Origin: Octopus vulgaris
Taxonomy: Eukaryota
Length of the DNA: 64,000 nucleotides
NCBI GenBank assembly: GCA_951406725.2
Contig: OX597839.1
Coordinates: 30,814,001 to 30,878,000 of the forward strand
Reading direction: 5' to 3'
This document shows, in pieces, positions 35,755 to 48,052 of this stretch (positions are counted from its first letter, which is position 1; the number at the start of each line of letters is the position of its first letter). Made by a program: the position numbers and the translations under genes. Below the pieces are notes generated by a model. The model did no database searches, was not told the origin of the DNA, and saw only the letters and a program-made list of their open reading frames with translations.

Positions 35755-38700
35755 GTTGTATGGTGTGTGTGTGCGCGTATTGTGTGTGTGTGTGATGTGC
35801 GTGTATGGTGTGTGGGTGTATGGTGTGTGTGGTGTGCGTGTATGGTGTGTGTGTGTGGTGTGCGTGTATGGTGTGTGTGTATGGTGTGTGTGGTATGCGT
35901 GTATGGTGTGTGTGGTGTGCGTGTATGGTGTGTGTGTGTGTGGTGTGCGTGGTATGCGTGTATGGTGTGTGTGGTGTGCGTGTATGGTGTGTGTGTGTGT
36001 GGTGTGCGTGTATGGTGTGTGTGTGTGTGGTGTGCGTGTATGGTGTGTGTGTGTGTGGTGTGCATGTATGGTGTGTGCGTGTATAGTGTGTGTGCATGTA
36101 TGGTGTGTGTGTGTGTAGTGTAAGTGGTGTGCGTGTATGGTGTGTTTGGTGTGCGTGTATGGTATGTGTGTGGTGTGCGTGTATGGTGTGTGTGTGTAGT
36201 GTGCGTGTGTGTGATGAGCGTGTATGGTGTGTGTGTGTATGTGTGGTGTGCGTGTATGGTGTGTGTGTGGTGTGCGTGTATGGTGTGTGTGGTGTGTATT
36301 GTATGTGTGTGTGTGGTGTGTGTGTGTGTGATGAGCGTGTATGGTGTGTGGGTGTATGGTGTGTGTGGTGTGCGTGTATGGTGTGTGTGTATGGTGTGTG
36401 TGTGTGTGTGTGGTGTGCGTGTATGGTGTGTGTGTATGTATAATGTGTGTGGTGTACGTGCATGGTGTGTGTGTGTGTGGTGTGCGTGTATGGTGTGTGT
36501 ATGTGTGGTGTGCGTGTATGGTGTGTGTGTGGTGTGCGTGTATGGTGTGTGTGTGGTGTGCGTGTATGGTGTGTGTGTGGTGTGCGTGTATGGTGTGTGT
36601 GGTGTGCGTGTATGGTGTTTGTGTGTGTGTAGTGTGCATGTGCATGTATGGTATGTGTGCGAGGTGTGCTCGTATGGTGTGTATGTGTGCGTGTATGGTG
36701 TGTGTGTGCGTGTGGTGTGTGTATGGTGTGGTGTGCGTGTATGGTGTGGTGTGCGTGTATGGTGTGGTGTGCGTGTATGGTGTGTGTGTGTGGTGTGCGT
36801 GTATGGTGTGTGTGTGTCTGGTGTGCGTGTGTGGTGTGTGTGGTGTGCGTGTGGGTGTGTGTGTGGTGTGCGTGTATGGTGTGTGTGTATGGTGTGTGTG
36901 GTGTGCGTGTATGGTGTGTGTGTATGGTGTGTGTGGTATGCGTGTATGGTGTGTGTGGTGTGCGTGTATGGTGTGTGTGTGTGTGTGGTGTGCGTGTATG
37001 GTGTGTGTGATATGCGTGTATGGTGTGTGTGTGTGTGGTGTGCGTGTATGGTGTGTGTATGTGTGGTGTGCGTGTATGGTGTGTGTGTGGTGTGCGTGTA
37101 TGGTGTGTGTGTGTGTGGTGTGCGTGTATGGTGTGTGTGGTGTGCGTGTATGGTGTGTGTGTGTGTGTGGTGTGCGTGTATGGTGTGTGTGGTGTGCGTG
37201 TATGGTGTGTGTGTGTGTGGTGTGCGTGTATAATGTGTGTGGTGTACGTGCATGGTGTGTGTGTGTGTGGTGTGCGTGTATGGTGTGTGTATGTGTGGTG
37301 TGCGTGTATGGTGTGTGTGTGGTGTGCGTGTATGGTGTGTGTGGTGTGCGTGTATGGTGTGTGTGTGTGTGTGTGTGTGTATGGTGTGTGTGGTGTGCGT
37401 GTATGGTGTGTGTGTGTGTGGTGTGCGTGTATGGTGTGTGTGGTGTGCGTGTATGGTGTGTGTGTGGTGTGCGTGTATGTGTGTGTGTGTGTGTGTGTGT
37501 GCGTGTATGGTGTGTGTGTGTGTGGTGTGCGTGTATGGTGTGTGTGGTGTGCGTGTATGGTGTGTGTGGTGTGCGTGTATGGTGTGTGTGTGTGTGTGTG
37601 TATGTGTGTGTGGTATGCGTGTATGGTGTGTGTGGTGTGCGTGTATGGTGTGTGTGTGTGTGGTGTGTATGTGTGTGTGTGTGTGTGTGTGTGGTGCGTG
37701 TATGGTGTGTGTGTGTGTGTGGTGTGCATGTATGGTGTGTGCGTGTATAGTGTGTGTGCATGTATGGTGTGTGTGTGTGTGTGTAAGTGTGTGCGTGTAT
37801 GGTGTGTGTGGTGTGCGTGTATGGTGTGTGTGTGGTGTGCGTGTATGGTGTGTGTGTGTGGTGTGCGTGTATGGTGTGTGCGTGTGGTGTGCGTGTATGG
37901 TGTGTGTGGTATGCGTGTATGGTGAGTGTGTGTGGTGTGCGTGTATGGTGTGTGTGTATGGCGTGTGTGTGGTGTGCGTGTATGGTGTGTGTGTGTGGTG
38001 TGTGTATGGTGTGTGTGTGTGTGTTCTTGTGTGGTGTGCGTGTGTGTGTGGTGTGCGTGTATGGTGTGTGTGTGTGGTGTGCGTGTATGGTGTGTGTGTG
38101 TGTGTGCGTGTATGGTGTGTGTGTGTGTGGTGTGTATGGTGTGTGTGTGTGTGTTCTTGTGTGGTGTGCGTGTGTGTGTGGTGTGCGTGTATGGTGTGTG
38201 TGTGTGTGTGGTGTGCGGTGTGTGTGTGGTGTGCGTGTATGGTGTGTGTGTGTGTGCGTGTATGGTGTGTGTGTGTGTGTGCGTGTATGGTGTGTGTGTG
38301 GTGTGCGTGTGTGTGTGTGTGTGTGTGGTGTGCGTGTATGGTGTGTGTGTGTGCGTGTTGTGTGTGTGTGGTGTGTGTGTATGGTGTGTGGTGTGCGTGT
38401 ATGGTGTGTGTGTGGTGTGTGTGGTGTGTGTGTGTATGGTGTGTGTGTGGTGTGCGTGTATGGTGTGTGTGTGTGGTGTGTGTGTGTGTGTGTGTGTGTG
38501 TGGTGTGCGTGTATGGTGTGTGTGGTGTGCGTGTATGGCGTGTGTGTGTATGGTGTGTGTGTGTGTGTGCGTGTATGGTGCGTGTATGGTGTGTGTGTGG
38601 TGTGCGTGTATGGTGTATGTGTGTGGTGTGCGTGTATGGTGTGTGTGTGTGTGTGCGTGTATGGTGTGTGTGGTGTGCGTGTATGGCGTGTATGGTGTGT

Positions 38701-40011
38701 GTGTTTGTATGGTGTGTGTGTGTGTGCGTGTATGGTGTGTGTGTGTGTGTGGTGTGCGTGTATGGTGTGTGTGTGTGTGGTGTGCGTGTATGGTGTGTGT
38801 GTGTGTGCGTGTATGGTGTATGTGTGTGTGGTGTGCGTGTATGGTGTGTGTGGTGTGCGTGTATGGTGTGTGTGTGTGTGGTGTGCGTGTATGGTGTGTG
38901 TGTGTGTGGTGTGCGTGTATGGTGTGTGTGCGTGTATGGTGTGTGTGGTGTGCGTGTATGGTGTGTGCGTGTATGTTGTGTGTGTGTGGGGTGCGTGTAT
39001 GGTGTGTGTGTGTGGTGTGCGTGTATGGTGTGTGTGTGGTGTGCGTGTATGGTGTCTGTGTGTGTGGTGTGCGTGTATGATGTGTGTGTGTGTGTGGTGT
39101 GCGTGTATGGTGTGTGTGTGGTGTGCGGTGTGTGTGTGTGTGTGTGTGTGCGTGTATGGTGTGTGTGTGGTGTCCGTGTCTGGTGTGTGTGGTGTGCGTG
39201 TATGCTGTGTGTGTGTGGTGTGCGTGTATGCTGTGTGTGTGGTGTCCGTGTCTGGTGTGTGTGGTGTGCGTGTATGGTGTGTGTGTGGTGTGCGTGTATG
39301 GTGTGTGTGTGTGTGGTGTGCGTGTATGGTGTGTGTGTGCTGTGCGTGTGTGGTGTGCGTGTATGGTGTGTGTAGCTGTGCGTGTATGGTGTGTGTGTGG
39401 TGTGCGTGTATATGGTGTGCGTGTATGTTGTGCGTATGGTGTGTGTGTGTGGTGTGCGTGTATGGTGTGTGTGGTGTGCGTGTATGGTGTGTGTGTGTGG
39501 TGTGCGTGTATGGTGTGTGTGTGTGGTGTGCGTGTATGGTGTGTGTGTGTGTGTGTGTGTGGTGTGTGTGTGTGTGTGTGTGGTGTGCGTGTATGGTGTG
39601 TGTGTGTGTGCGTGTATGGTGTGTGTGTGGTGTGCGTGTATGGTGTGTGTGGTGTGCGTGTATGGTGTGTGTGTGGTGTGCGTGTATGGTGTGTGTGTGC
39701 GGTGTGCGTGTGTGGTGTGTGTGTGTGTGTGTGTATGTGTGTGTGTGTGTGGTGTGCGTGTATGGTGTGTGTGTGGTGTGCGTGTATGGTGTGTGTGGTG
39801 TGCGTGTTTGGTGTGTGTGTGTGTGCGTGTATGGTGTGTGTGGTGTGCGTGTATGGTGTGTGTGTGTATGGTGTGTGTGTGTGGGTGTGCGTGTATGGTG
39901 TGTGTGGTGTGCGTGTATGGTGTATGTGTGTGGTGTGCGTGTATGGTGTGTGTGTGTGGTGTGCGTGTATGGTGTGTGTGTGGTGTGCGTGTATGGTGTG
40001 TGTGCGTGTAT

Positions 40012-40050
<39 letters not shown>

Positions 40051-40503
40051 ATTGTGTGTGTGTGTGTGTGTATGGTGTGTGTGTGTATGGTGTGTGTGTG
40101 TATGGTGTGTGTGTGTATGGTGTGTGTGTGGTGTGCGTGTATGGTGTGTGTGGTGTGTGTGGCGTGCGTGTATGGTGTGCGTGTATGGTGTGTGTGTGTT
40201 GTGCGTGTATGGTGTGTATGTGCGTGTATGGTGTGTGTGTGGTGTGCGTGTATGGTGTGTGTGGTGTGCGTGTATGGTGTGTGTGTGTGTGGTGTGCGTG
40301 TATGGTGTGCGTGTATGTGTGTGTGGTGTGCGTGTATGGTGTGTGTGTGTGTATGGTGTGTGTGCGTGTATGGTGTGTGCGTGTATGGTGTGTGTGTGTG
40401 TGGTGTGCGTGTATGGTGTGTGTGCGTGTATGGTGTGTGTGTGGTGTGCGTGTATGGTGTATGTGTGTGTGGTTTGCGTGTATGGTGTGTGGCGTGCGTG
40501 TAT

Positions 40504-40539
<36 letters not shown>

Positions 40540-41637
40540 GTGTATGGTGTGTGTGTGTGTGTGTGTGGTGTGCGTGTATGGTGTGTGTGTGTGTGTGTGG
40601 TGTGTGTGTGTGGGTGCGTGTATGGTGTGTGTGTGTGGTGTGTGTGTGTGGTGTCCGTGTATGGTGTGTGTGTGGTGTGCGTGTATGGTGTGTGTGTGTG
40701 CGTGTATGGTGTGTGTGTGTGTGTGTGGTGTGCGTGTATGGTGTGTGTGTGTGGTGTGCGTGTATGGTGTGTGTGTGGTGTGCGTGTATGGTGTGTGTGT
40801 GTGTGTGCGTGTATGGTGTGTGTGTGTGTGCGTGTATTGTGTGTGTGTGGTGTGCGTGTATGGTGTGTGTGTGTGTGGTGTGTGTGTGTGTGTGTGTGGT
40901 GTGCGTGTGTGTGTGTATGGTGTGTGTGTGGTGTGCGTGTATGGTGTGTGTGGTGTGCGTGTATATGGTGTGCGTGTATGTTGTGCGTGTATGGTGTGTG
41001 TGTGTGGTGTGCGTGTATGTGTGTGTGGTGTGCGTGTGTGGTGTGTGTGTGTGGTGTGTGTATGTATGGTGTGTGTGGTGTGCGTGTATGGTGTGTGTGT
41101 GTGGTGTGCGTGTATGGTGTATGTGTGTGGTGTGCGTGTATGGTGTGTGTGTGCGGTGTGCGTGTATGGTGTGTGTGTGGTGTGCGTGTATGGTGTGTGT
41201 GGTGTGCGTGTATGGTGTATGTGTGTGGTGTGCGTGTATGGTGTGTGTGTGCGGTGTGCGTGTATGGTGTGTGTGTGTGGTGTGCGTGTATAGTGTGTGT
41301 GGTGTGCGTGTATGGTGTGTGTGTGGTGTGCGTGTATGGTATGTGTGTGTGGTGTGCGTGTATTGTGTGTGTGTGTGCGTGTATGGTGTATGTGTGTGGT
41401 GTGCGTGTGCGGTGTGCGTGTATGGTGTGTGTGTGGTGTGCGTGTATGGTGTGTGTGGTGTGCGTGTATGGTGTGTGTGTGTGGTGTGCGTGTATGTGTG
41501 TGTGTGTGTGTATGGTGTGTGTGTGTGTGTGTGTGCGTGTATAGTGTGTGTGGTGTGCGTGTATGGTGTGTGTGTGGTGTGCGTGTATGGTATGTGTGTG
41601 TGGTGTGCGTGTATTGTGTGTGTGTGTGTGTGTATGG

Positions 41638-41668
<31 letters not shown>

Positions 41669-44600
41669 TGTGGTGTGCGTGTATGGTGTGTGTGGTGTGT
41701 GTGGCGTGCGTGTATGGTGTGCGTGTATGGTGTGTGTGTGTTGTGCGTGTATGGTGTGTATGTGCGTATGTGTGTGTGTGGTGTGCGTGTATGGTGTATG
41801 TGGTGTGCGTGTATGGTGTGTGTGTGTGTGGTGTGCATGTATGGTGTGCGTGTATGTGTGTGTGGTGTGCGTGTATAGTGTGTGTGTCGTGTGCGTGTAT
41901 GGTGTGTGTGTGGTGTGCGTGTATGGTGTGTGTGTGTGGTGTGCGTGTATGTTGTGTGCGTGTATGGTGTGTGTGTGGTGTGCGTGTATGGTGTGTATTT
42001 GTGGTGTGCGTGTATGGTGTGTGTTGTGCGTGTATGGTGTGTGTGTTGTGCGTGTATGGTGTGTGTGCGTGTATGGTGTGTATGTGCGTGTGTGTGGTGT
42101 GCGTGTATGGTGTGTGTGGTGTGCGTGTATGGTGTCTGTGTGTGGGTGCGTGTATGGTGTGTGTGTGTGTGTGTGTGTGTGTGGTGTGCGTGTATGGTGT
42201 GTGTGTGGTGTGCGTGTATGGTGTCTGTGTGTGGGTGCGTGTATGGTGTGTGTGTGTGGTGTGTGTGTGTGGTGTGCGTGTATGGTGTGTGTGTGGTGTG
42301 CGTGTATGGTGTGTGTGTGGTGTGTGTGTGGTGTGTGTGGTGTGCGTGTATGGAGTGTGTGTGGTGTGCGTGTATGGTGTGTGTGTGGTGTGCGTGTATG
42401 GTGTGTGTGTGTGTGCGTGTATGGTGTGTGTGTGTGTGTGGTGTGCGTGTATGGGGTGCGTGTATGGCGTGTGTGCGTGTATGGTGTGTGTTTGTATGGT
42501 GTGTGTGTGCATGTATGGTGTGCGTGTATGGTGTGTGTGGTGTGCGCGTGTGTGTGTGTGTGTGTGTGTGTATGGTGTGTGTGTGGTGTGCGTGTATGGT
42601 GTGTATGTGGTGTGCGTGTATGGTGTGTATCGTGTGTGTGTGTGCTGTGCGTGTATGGTGTGTGTGTGTGTGTGTGCGTGTATGGTGTGCGTGTATGGTG
42701 TGTGTGTGTGCGTGTATGGTGTGTGTGTGTGCGTGTATGGTGTGTGTGGTGTGTGTGTGTGCTGTGCGTGTATGGTGTGTTTGTGGTGTGCGTGTATTAT
42801 GTGTGTGGTGTGCGTGTATGGTGTGTGGTGTGCGTGTATGGTGTGTGTGGTGTGTGTGTATGGTGTGCGTGTGGTGTGCGTGTATGGTGTGTGTGGTGTG
42901 CGTGTCTGGTGTGCGTGTGTATGTGCGTGTGTGTGGTGTGTGTGTATGGCGTGTGTGTGGTGTGCGTGTATGGTGTGTGTGTGGTGTGCGTGTATGGTGT
43001 GTGTGTGGTGTGCGTGTATGGTGTGTGTGGTGTGCGTGTATGGTGTGTATGTGCGTGTGTGTGGTGTGCGTGTATGGCGTGTGTGTGGTGTGCGTGTGTA
43101 TGTGCGTGTGTGTGGTGTGCGTGTATGGCGTGTGTGTGGTGTGCGTGTATGGTGTGTGTGTGGTGTGCGTGTATGGTGTGTGTGGTGTGCGTGTATGGTG
43201 TGTATGGCGTGTGTGTGGTGTGCGTGTATGGTGTGCGTGTGGTGTGCGTGTATGGTGTGTGTGGCGTGCGTGTATGGTGTGTGTGGTGTGCGTGTATGGA
43301 GTGTGTGTGGGGTGCGTGTATGGTGTGTGTGTGGTGTGCGTGTATGGTGTGTGTGGTGTGCGTGTATGGAGTGTGTGTGGTGTGTGGTGTGCGTGTATGG
43401 AGTGTGTGTGGTGTGCGTGTATGGTGTGTGTGTGGTGTGCGTGTATGTGTGTGTGTGGTGTGCGTGTATGGAGTGTGTGTGGTGTGCGTGTATGGAGTGT
43501 GTGTGGTGTGCGTGTATGGTGTGTGTGGTGTGCGTGTATGGAGTGTGTGTGGTGTGCGTGTATGGAGTGTGTGTGGTGTGCGTGTATGGTGTGTGTGTGG
43601 TGTGCGTGTATGGTGTGTGTTGCGCGTGTATGGTGTGTGCGTGTATGGTGTGTGCGTGTATGGTGTGTGTGTGGTGTGCGTGCATGGTGTGTATGTGGTG
43701 TGCGTGTATGGTGTGTATCGTGTGTGTGTGTGGTGTGCGTGTATGGTGTGTGTGTGTGTGTGTGTGCGTGTATGGTGTGTGTGTGTGTGTGTGCGTGTAT
43801 GGTGTGTGTGTGTGCGTGTATGGTGTGTGTGTGTGCGTGTATGGTGTGTGTGTGTGTGTGTGTGTGCTGTGCGTGTATGGTGTGTTTGTGGTGTGCGTGT
43901 ATTATGTGTGGTGTGCGTGTATGGTGTGTGGTGTGCGTGTATGGTGTGTGTGGTGTGTGTGTATGGTGTGTGTGTGTATGCGTGTATGGTGTGTGTGTGG
44001 TGTGCGTGTATGGTGTGTGTGTGTGGTGTGCGTGTATGGTGTGTGTGGTGTGTGTGTGTGCTGTGCGTGTATGGTGTGTTTGTGGTGTGCGTGTATTATG
44101 TGTGGTGTGCGTGTATGGTGTGTGGTGTGCGTGTATGGTGTGTGGTGTGCGTGTATGGTGTGTGGTGTGCGTGTATGGTGTGTGTGTATGGTGTGTGTGT
44201 GTATGCGTGTATGGTGTGTGTGTGGTGTGCGTGTATGGTGTGTGTGTGTGGTGTGCGTGTATGGTGTGTGTGGTGTGTGTGTATGGTGTGTGTGTGTATG
44301 CGTGTATGGTGTGCGTGTGGTGTGCGTGTATGGTGTGTGTGGTGTGCGTGTATGGTGTGTGTGTGTATGCGTGTATGGTGTGTGTGTGGTGTGCGTGTAT
44401 GGTGTGTGTGTGTGGTGTGCGTGTATGGTGTGTGTGGTGTGCGTGTATGGTGTGTGTGTGTGCGTGTATGGTGTGAGTGTGTGGTGTGCGTGTATAGTGT
44501 GCGTGTATGGTGTGTGTGGTGTGCGTGTATCGTGTGTGTGTGGTTTGCGTGTATGGTGTGTGTGTGTGTATGGTGTGTGTGCATGGTGTGTGTGTGGTGT

Positions 44601-44698
44601 GCGTGTGTGGTGTGCGTATATGGTGTGTGTGTGTTTATGGTGTGTGTGTGGTGTGCGTGTGTGGTGTGTGTGTGTGGTGTGCGTGTGTAGTGTGCGTG

Positions 44699-44733
<35 letters not shown>

Positions 44734-44745
44734 CTGGTGTGCGTG
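35755..44745 (+). repeat. ~9 kb GT-rich satellite: core GGTGTGCGTGTAT followed by GG(TG)n of variable length
   Basis: Hundreds of tandem units; strongly strand-asymmetric; generates the 700-2764 aa spurious ORFs. Confidence 0.97.
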
Positions 44746-45080
44746 CCGAAGTCGACTTTGCCTTTCATCCTTTCGGGGTCGATAAATTACGTACCAGTTA
44801 CGCACGGAGTCGATGTAATCGACTGAATCCGTTTTCTGTCCTTGTTTGTCCTCTCTGTGTTTGGCTCCTTGTGGCTAGTAAAGAAATAGGTATTTCGTCT
44901 GTCTTCTCATTTTGAGTTCAAATTCCGCCGAGGTTGACTTCGCTTTTCATCATTTCGGGGTCGATAAATTAAGTACCAGTTATACACTGGGATCGATATA
45001 ATCGACTAGTCTCTTCCTCCAAAATGTCATGCCTTGTGCCTATAATAAGAAGGATTATTTTGATTATTATTGTTGTTGTT
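44745..45080 (+). mobile_element. Tandem family B SINE pieces abutting the exon acceptor
   Basis: Two gtcgactttgcctttcatcctttcggggtcgataaatta blocks ending in a (TTA/TTG)n tail. Confidence 0.8.
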
Positions 45081-45087
45081 ATTTCAG

Positions 45088-45311
45088 ATTCGTTTTGGCA
45101 CCGGTCCTCGCAGGCCACGGCTCCTTCATTCCCTGCACCATTCCATAGTCAAACCCCTTTGAAAGCCGACGTTACAGCACATTACCCAGGCCTTGTTCGA
45201 CCAGACAACTATCCAAGTCTACCGAAATCCGAGAGTTCCTACACCCCTTTTATCAAAGCTGACGGACCTTACTCCGCCTTGGTCGACTCTTATTTCCCAC
45301 ATGCAAACCAG
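45088..45311 (+). CDS. Pax3/7: Pax3/7 C-terminal exon (Pro/Ser/Tyr-rich transactivation region)
   Basis: Acceptor atttcag; phase 1 matches the previous donor. Reads DSFWHRSSQATAPSFPAPFHSQTPLKADVTAHYPGLVRPDNYPSLPKSESSYTPFIKADGPYSALVDSYFPHANQ. Donor CAG/gtacag, phase 0. Unique sequence amid repeats. Confidence 0.8.
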
Positions 45312-46412
45312 GTACAGTTCAAACTGAAGACCCTCAATGGGGGCTTTTTCGGTCTCATTCTTTCTTTCTTTCATTACTAAGTTGGGGAGAGGTGGGAAGG
45401 AGAGAGGGTGGTGTCTTCATCGAATTCTTGCCACGGCGCAGACTCGAGGGTTACAGGGAGCAGGGAGTGGCGTTAAACCGGGCAATGTTCACTTCTTCAC
45501 TCACAGAAGTCAATGGGTACCGGCTGGCTGAGTGGACCTTCTGTGAAGATTCACACAATCTCCACGCAAGACATTCGATGCATTAGAAATATCCTATTAT
45601 ATTTTTTAAATAATTATTAGGAATTGTATGAACAAAAATTAAAACATTTGGTGTTTTGAAGAATTATAAACTAGTTGATTGCAAAGTTTTCTGTGGACCC
45701 TGTTTGAGGACCCCTATAAATGGAGCGGGGAAACTTTACCTCCACTAGGAATGAAATGGAAGAAAAGTGTGTGGAATGATCTGGTGGGGGAGGGACCAAA
45801 TGGGGGGGGGAGTGAAAGTTGGAGTTGAAGGGGTGAAAATACAGCCGGACCTTAGAGAGCAGGACCTTATAGACCCCCCCCTTTCACTTCCCCGTCCAGA
45901 TCTATCATTAACACATAAAAGCGCGACAGCCCACGATCGTGGCCCAGATACATGCATTTAATTTATGGGCTTTTGTTGGGGGTCTAATGTCACTCAAACA
46001 CTCCGATACCCCCCAGAATGCAAGAGAACTAATAGTTCAACGAATGGCTTTTCAGATGATGTAGAACTTGCCACCATTATATAATACTAAGAGGATATTT
46101 TAAGTATTTTTCGTTTTTTATGTGTGCATGGGAGTCTCATTTTATATAGAATGGGCTCAGAAGTCCATGCTATGTAAGTGCAAATCCCAATGCTTTAGGG
46201 GTTAAAAGTTCTCCAGCCATTAATTACTATCTCCCCAGACTAGCATCAATTAACTCCCTTCCCCTCAAATTTGCTCTTCTTGGGTCCAAATTAGAAATCC
46301 CTTCGGGCATTATTCGTTCTTTCCTTCTTTTACCATTTTTCAAAAAATACAAAAAACAACCCCCATCGTCTTCAAATGAATTAATTATTGTTTTGTTTTT
46401 TGTCTTAATTAG

Positions 46413-46593
46413 ATGCCAGGATTCCAGAGTCTCTCGACGGCCGACAGTATGCATTCCTCCACTTGGTCGCCACCGACCGCCACAGCTACAACCACCATCG
46501 CCAGCTTGAGCGCCACCTATCCGTCGAGCAGCCATTATCCTTACACAGACATGAAGACCAGCTTTCCTTACAATCCTCACCACATCACAACAG
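46413..46593 (+). CDS. Pax3/7: Pax3/7 C-terminal exon (Ser/Thr-rich)
   Basis: T-rich acceptor ttttgttttttgtcttaattag, phase 0. Reads MPGFQSLSTADSMHSSTWSPPTATATTTIASLSATYPSSSHYPYTDMKTSFPYNPHHITT. Donor CAG/gtcagt, phase 1. Confidence 0.8.
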
Positions 46594-46649
46594 GTCAGTG
46601 CATTGCGTTGCAGTAGAAACTCATTTAAATCATGTATCTATGTGGGTTT

Positions 46650-46835
46650 CAAATTTTGACACAAGGCCAGCAATTTCGGGGATTAAATCGGCCCCAGTAA
46701 TCAACGGGTACTTACTTTATCGACCCCAATAGTGTGAAAGGCAAAGTCGACCTCAGCAGAATTTGAACTCAGAACATGAAGGCGGACGAAATGCCGCTAA
46801 GCATTTTGTCCGGCATGCTAACGGTTCTGCCAGAT
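46650..46835 (-). mobile_element. Family B SINE in the last intron
   Basis: gaaaggcaaagtcgacctcagcagaatttgaactcagaac…gctaacggttctgccag. Confidence 0.8.
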
Positions 46836-47124
46836 GATAATTCTCTCTCTCAGTAAATGGATTGAGAAACCCTTCTCTCTCTCCATTACTTCATCTACCG
46901 ACCAGGCAATACGACCTGCTAGAAAGAGAAACTATTAACCAACTCTCTCTAAAACCAGATAACCATTGGAGAATATGCTTCCTGGCCTACTAAATGACAC
47001 ACTTGGTCACGCTTGGTACAATTCTGATCCCACGAAAGCAAAACAGCTACACATATTTTGTAACACACCTTTCTATGTATGGAATATCTAATTAGCAAGT
47101 TATCTCCTCTTCTATTTCCTACAG

Positions 47125-47249
47125 GTGCGCCGAATGTCGACAGGTGTACGGCAGATGAAAGCCTTGCAGCATTGCGCATGCGCTCCCGTGAACACGCTGC
47201 AGCTCTCGGATTGGTCGGCGAGATCACGAGGGTCCCCAACAGCTTTTGA
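47125..47249 (+). CDS. Pax3/7: Pax3/7 terminal coding exon with OAR/paired-tail motif
   Basis: Strong acceptor ctcctcttctatttcctacag, phase 1. Reads (G)APNVDRCTADESLAALRMRSREHAAALGLVGEITRVPNSF*; SLAALRMRSREH matches the OAR consensus SIAxLRxKAKEH. TGA at 47247-47249. Not in the ORF track (too short). The four exons total 869 nt in one open frame. Confidence 0.88.
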
Positions 47250-47989
47250 AAACTGGACGCAACAAAGTGATGCCACGAGATTCTTAACGGAATGACACCG
47301 AAACGAAGAATTTAGGAAAGAAATTCTTTAAGATATAAAGAAATGGAATTAATTATAAGGAGGAGGGGGGGGAGAAAGAAATATGTAACAGAAATACGAA
47401 CAGAGGTGAAAATTTGAGACGATAACAAAGACGATGATGGTGGTGGTGATGATGATGATGGTTAACGAAAATAAAATTATAGAAACATATTTGAAGATGA
47501 ACCAAATGAAAAAAAAAATTAACTGAAAATTTAGAATTCCTCACACACACCCATTCGTGCGTTTGCATTTCGAAACGAGGAGATAAAAATACTCAATCGA
47601 ATTGAATTTTATATTTATTTAAAGACGAAAAAACTTCCAGCTGTCGCCACTCCAAGTCTCGAAATTTCTTCTCCATGTTTTTTGAGAAGCGAGAACGAGA
47701 AGCAACGGAGAGAAACCCTCCGTTTCACACACACACCCACGCGTGATTGCGTTTCCTTAACAATGACTGATCACCGACATTCCCATAAAAGTGATTATTA
47801 TTATCCACCCCCCCCCCCCCCCCACAAACACCACCCTCACACTCACACACGTCACCACCACCACCACCCTACATCACTGATCTTATTGCTGTTCTTTGAT
47901 TTTATTGTGATTGTGGCGTTGTTACTCTTTTGGTGGGTTTACCTTTCATTTAGTCTACTCCTCTTTCTATTACATTACCTGTATGTATG

Positions 47990-48052
<63 letters not shown>

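Noticed and set aside
35391-44826. Giant ORFs (2764, 2065, 1868, 1168 aa; His/Thr- or Cys/Val-rich)
   Set aside because: Open in several frames on both strands only because the GT satellite rarely forms stop codons; no domain content; they lie within an intron.
46949-47239. 96-aa minus-strand ORF
   Set aside because: Antisense shadow of the OAR exon.
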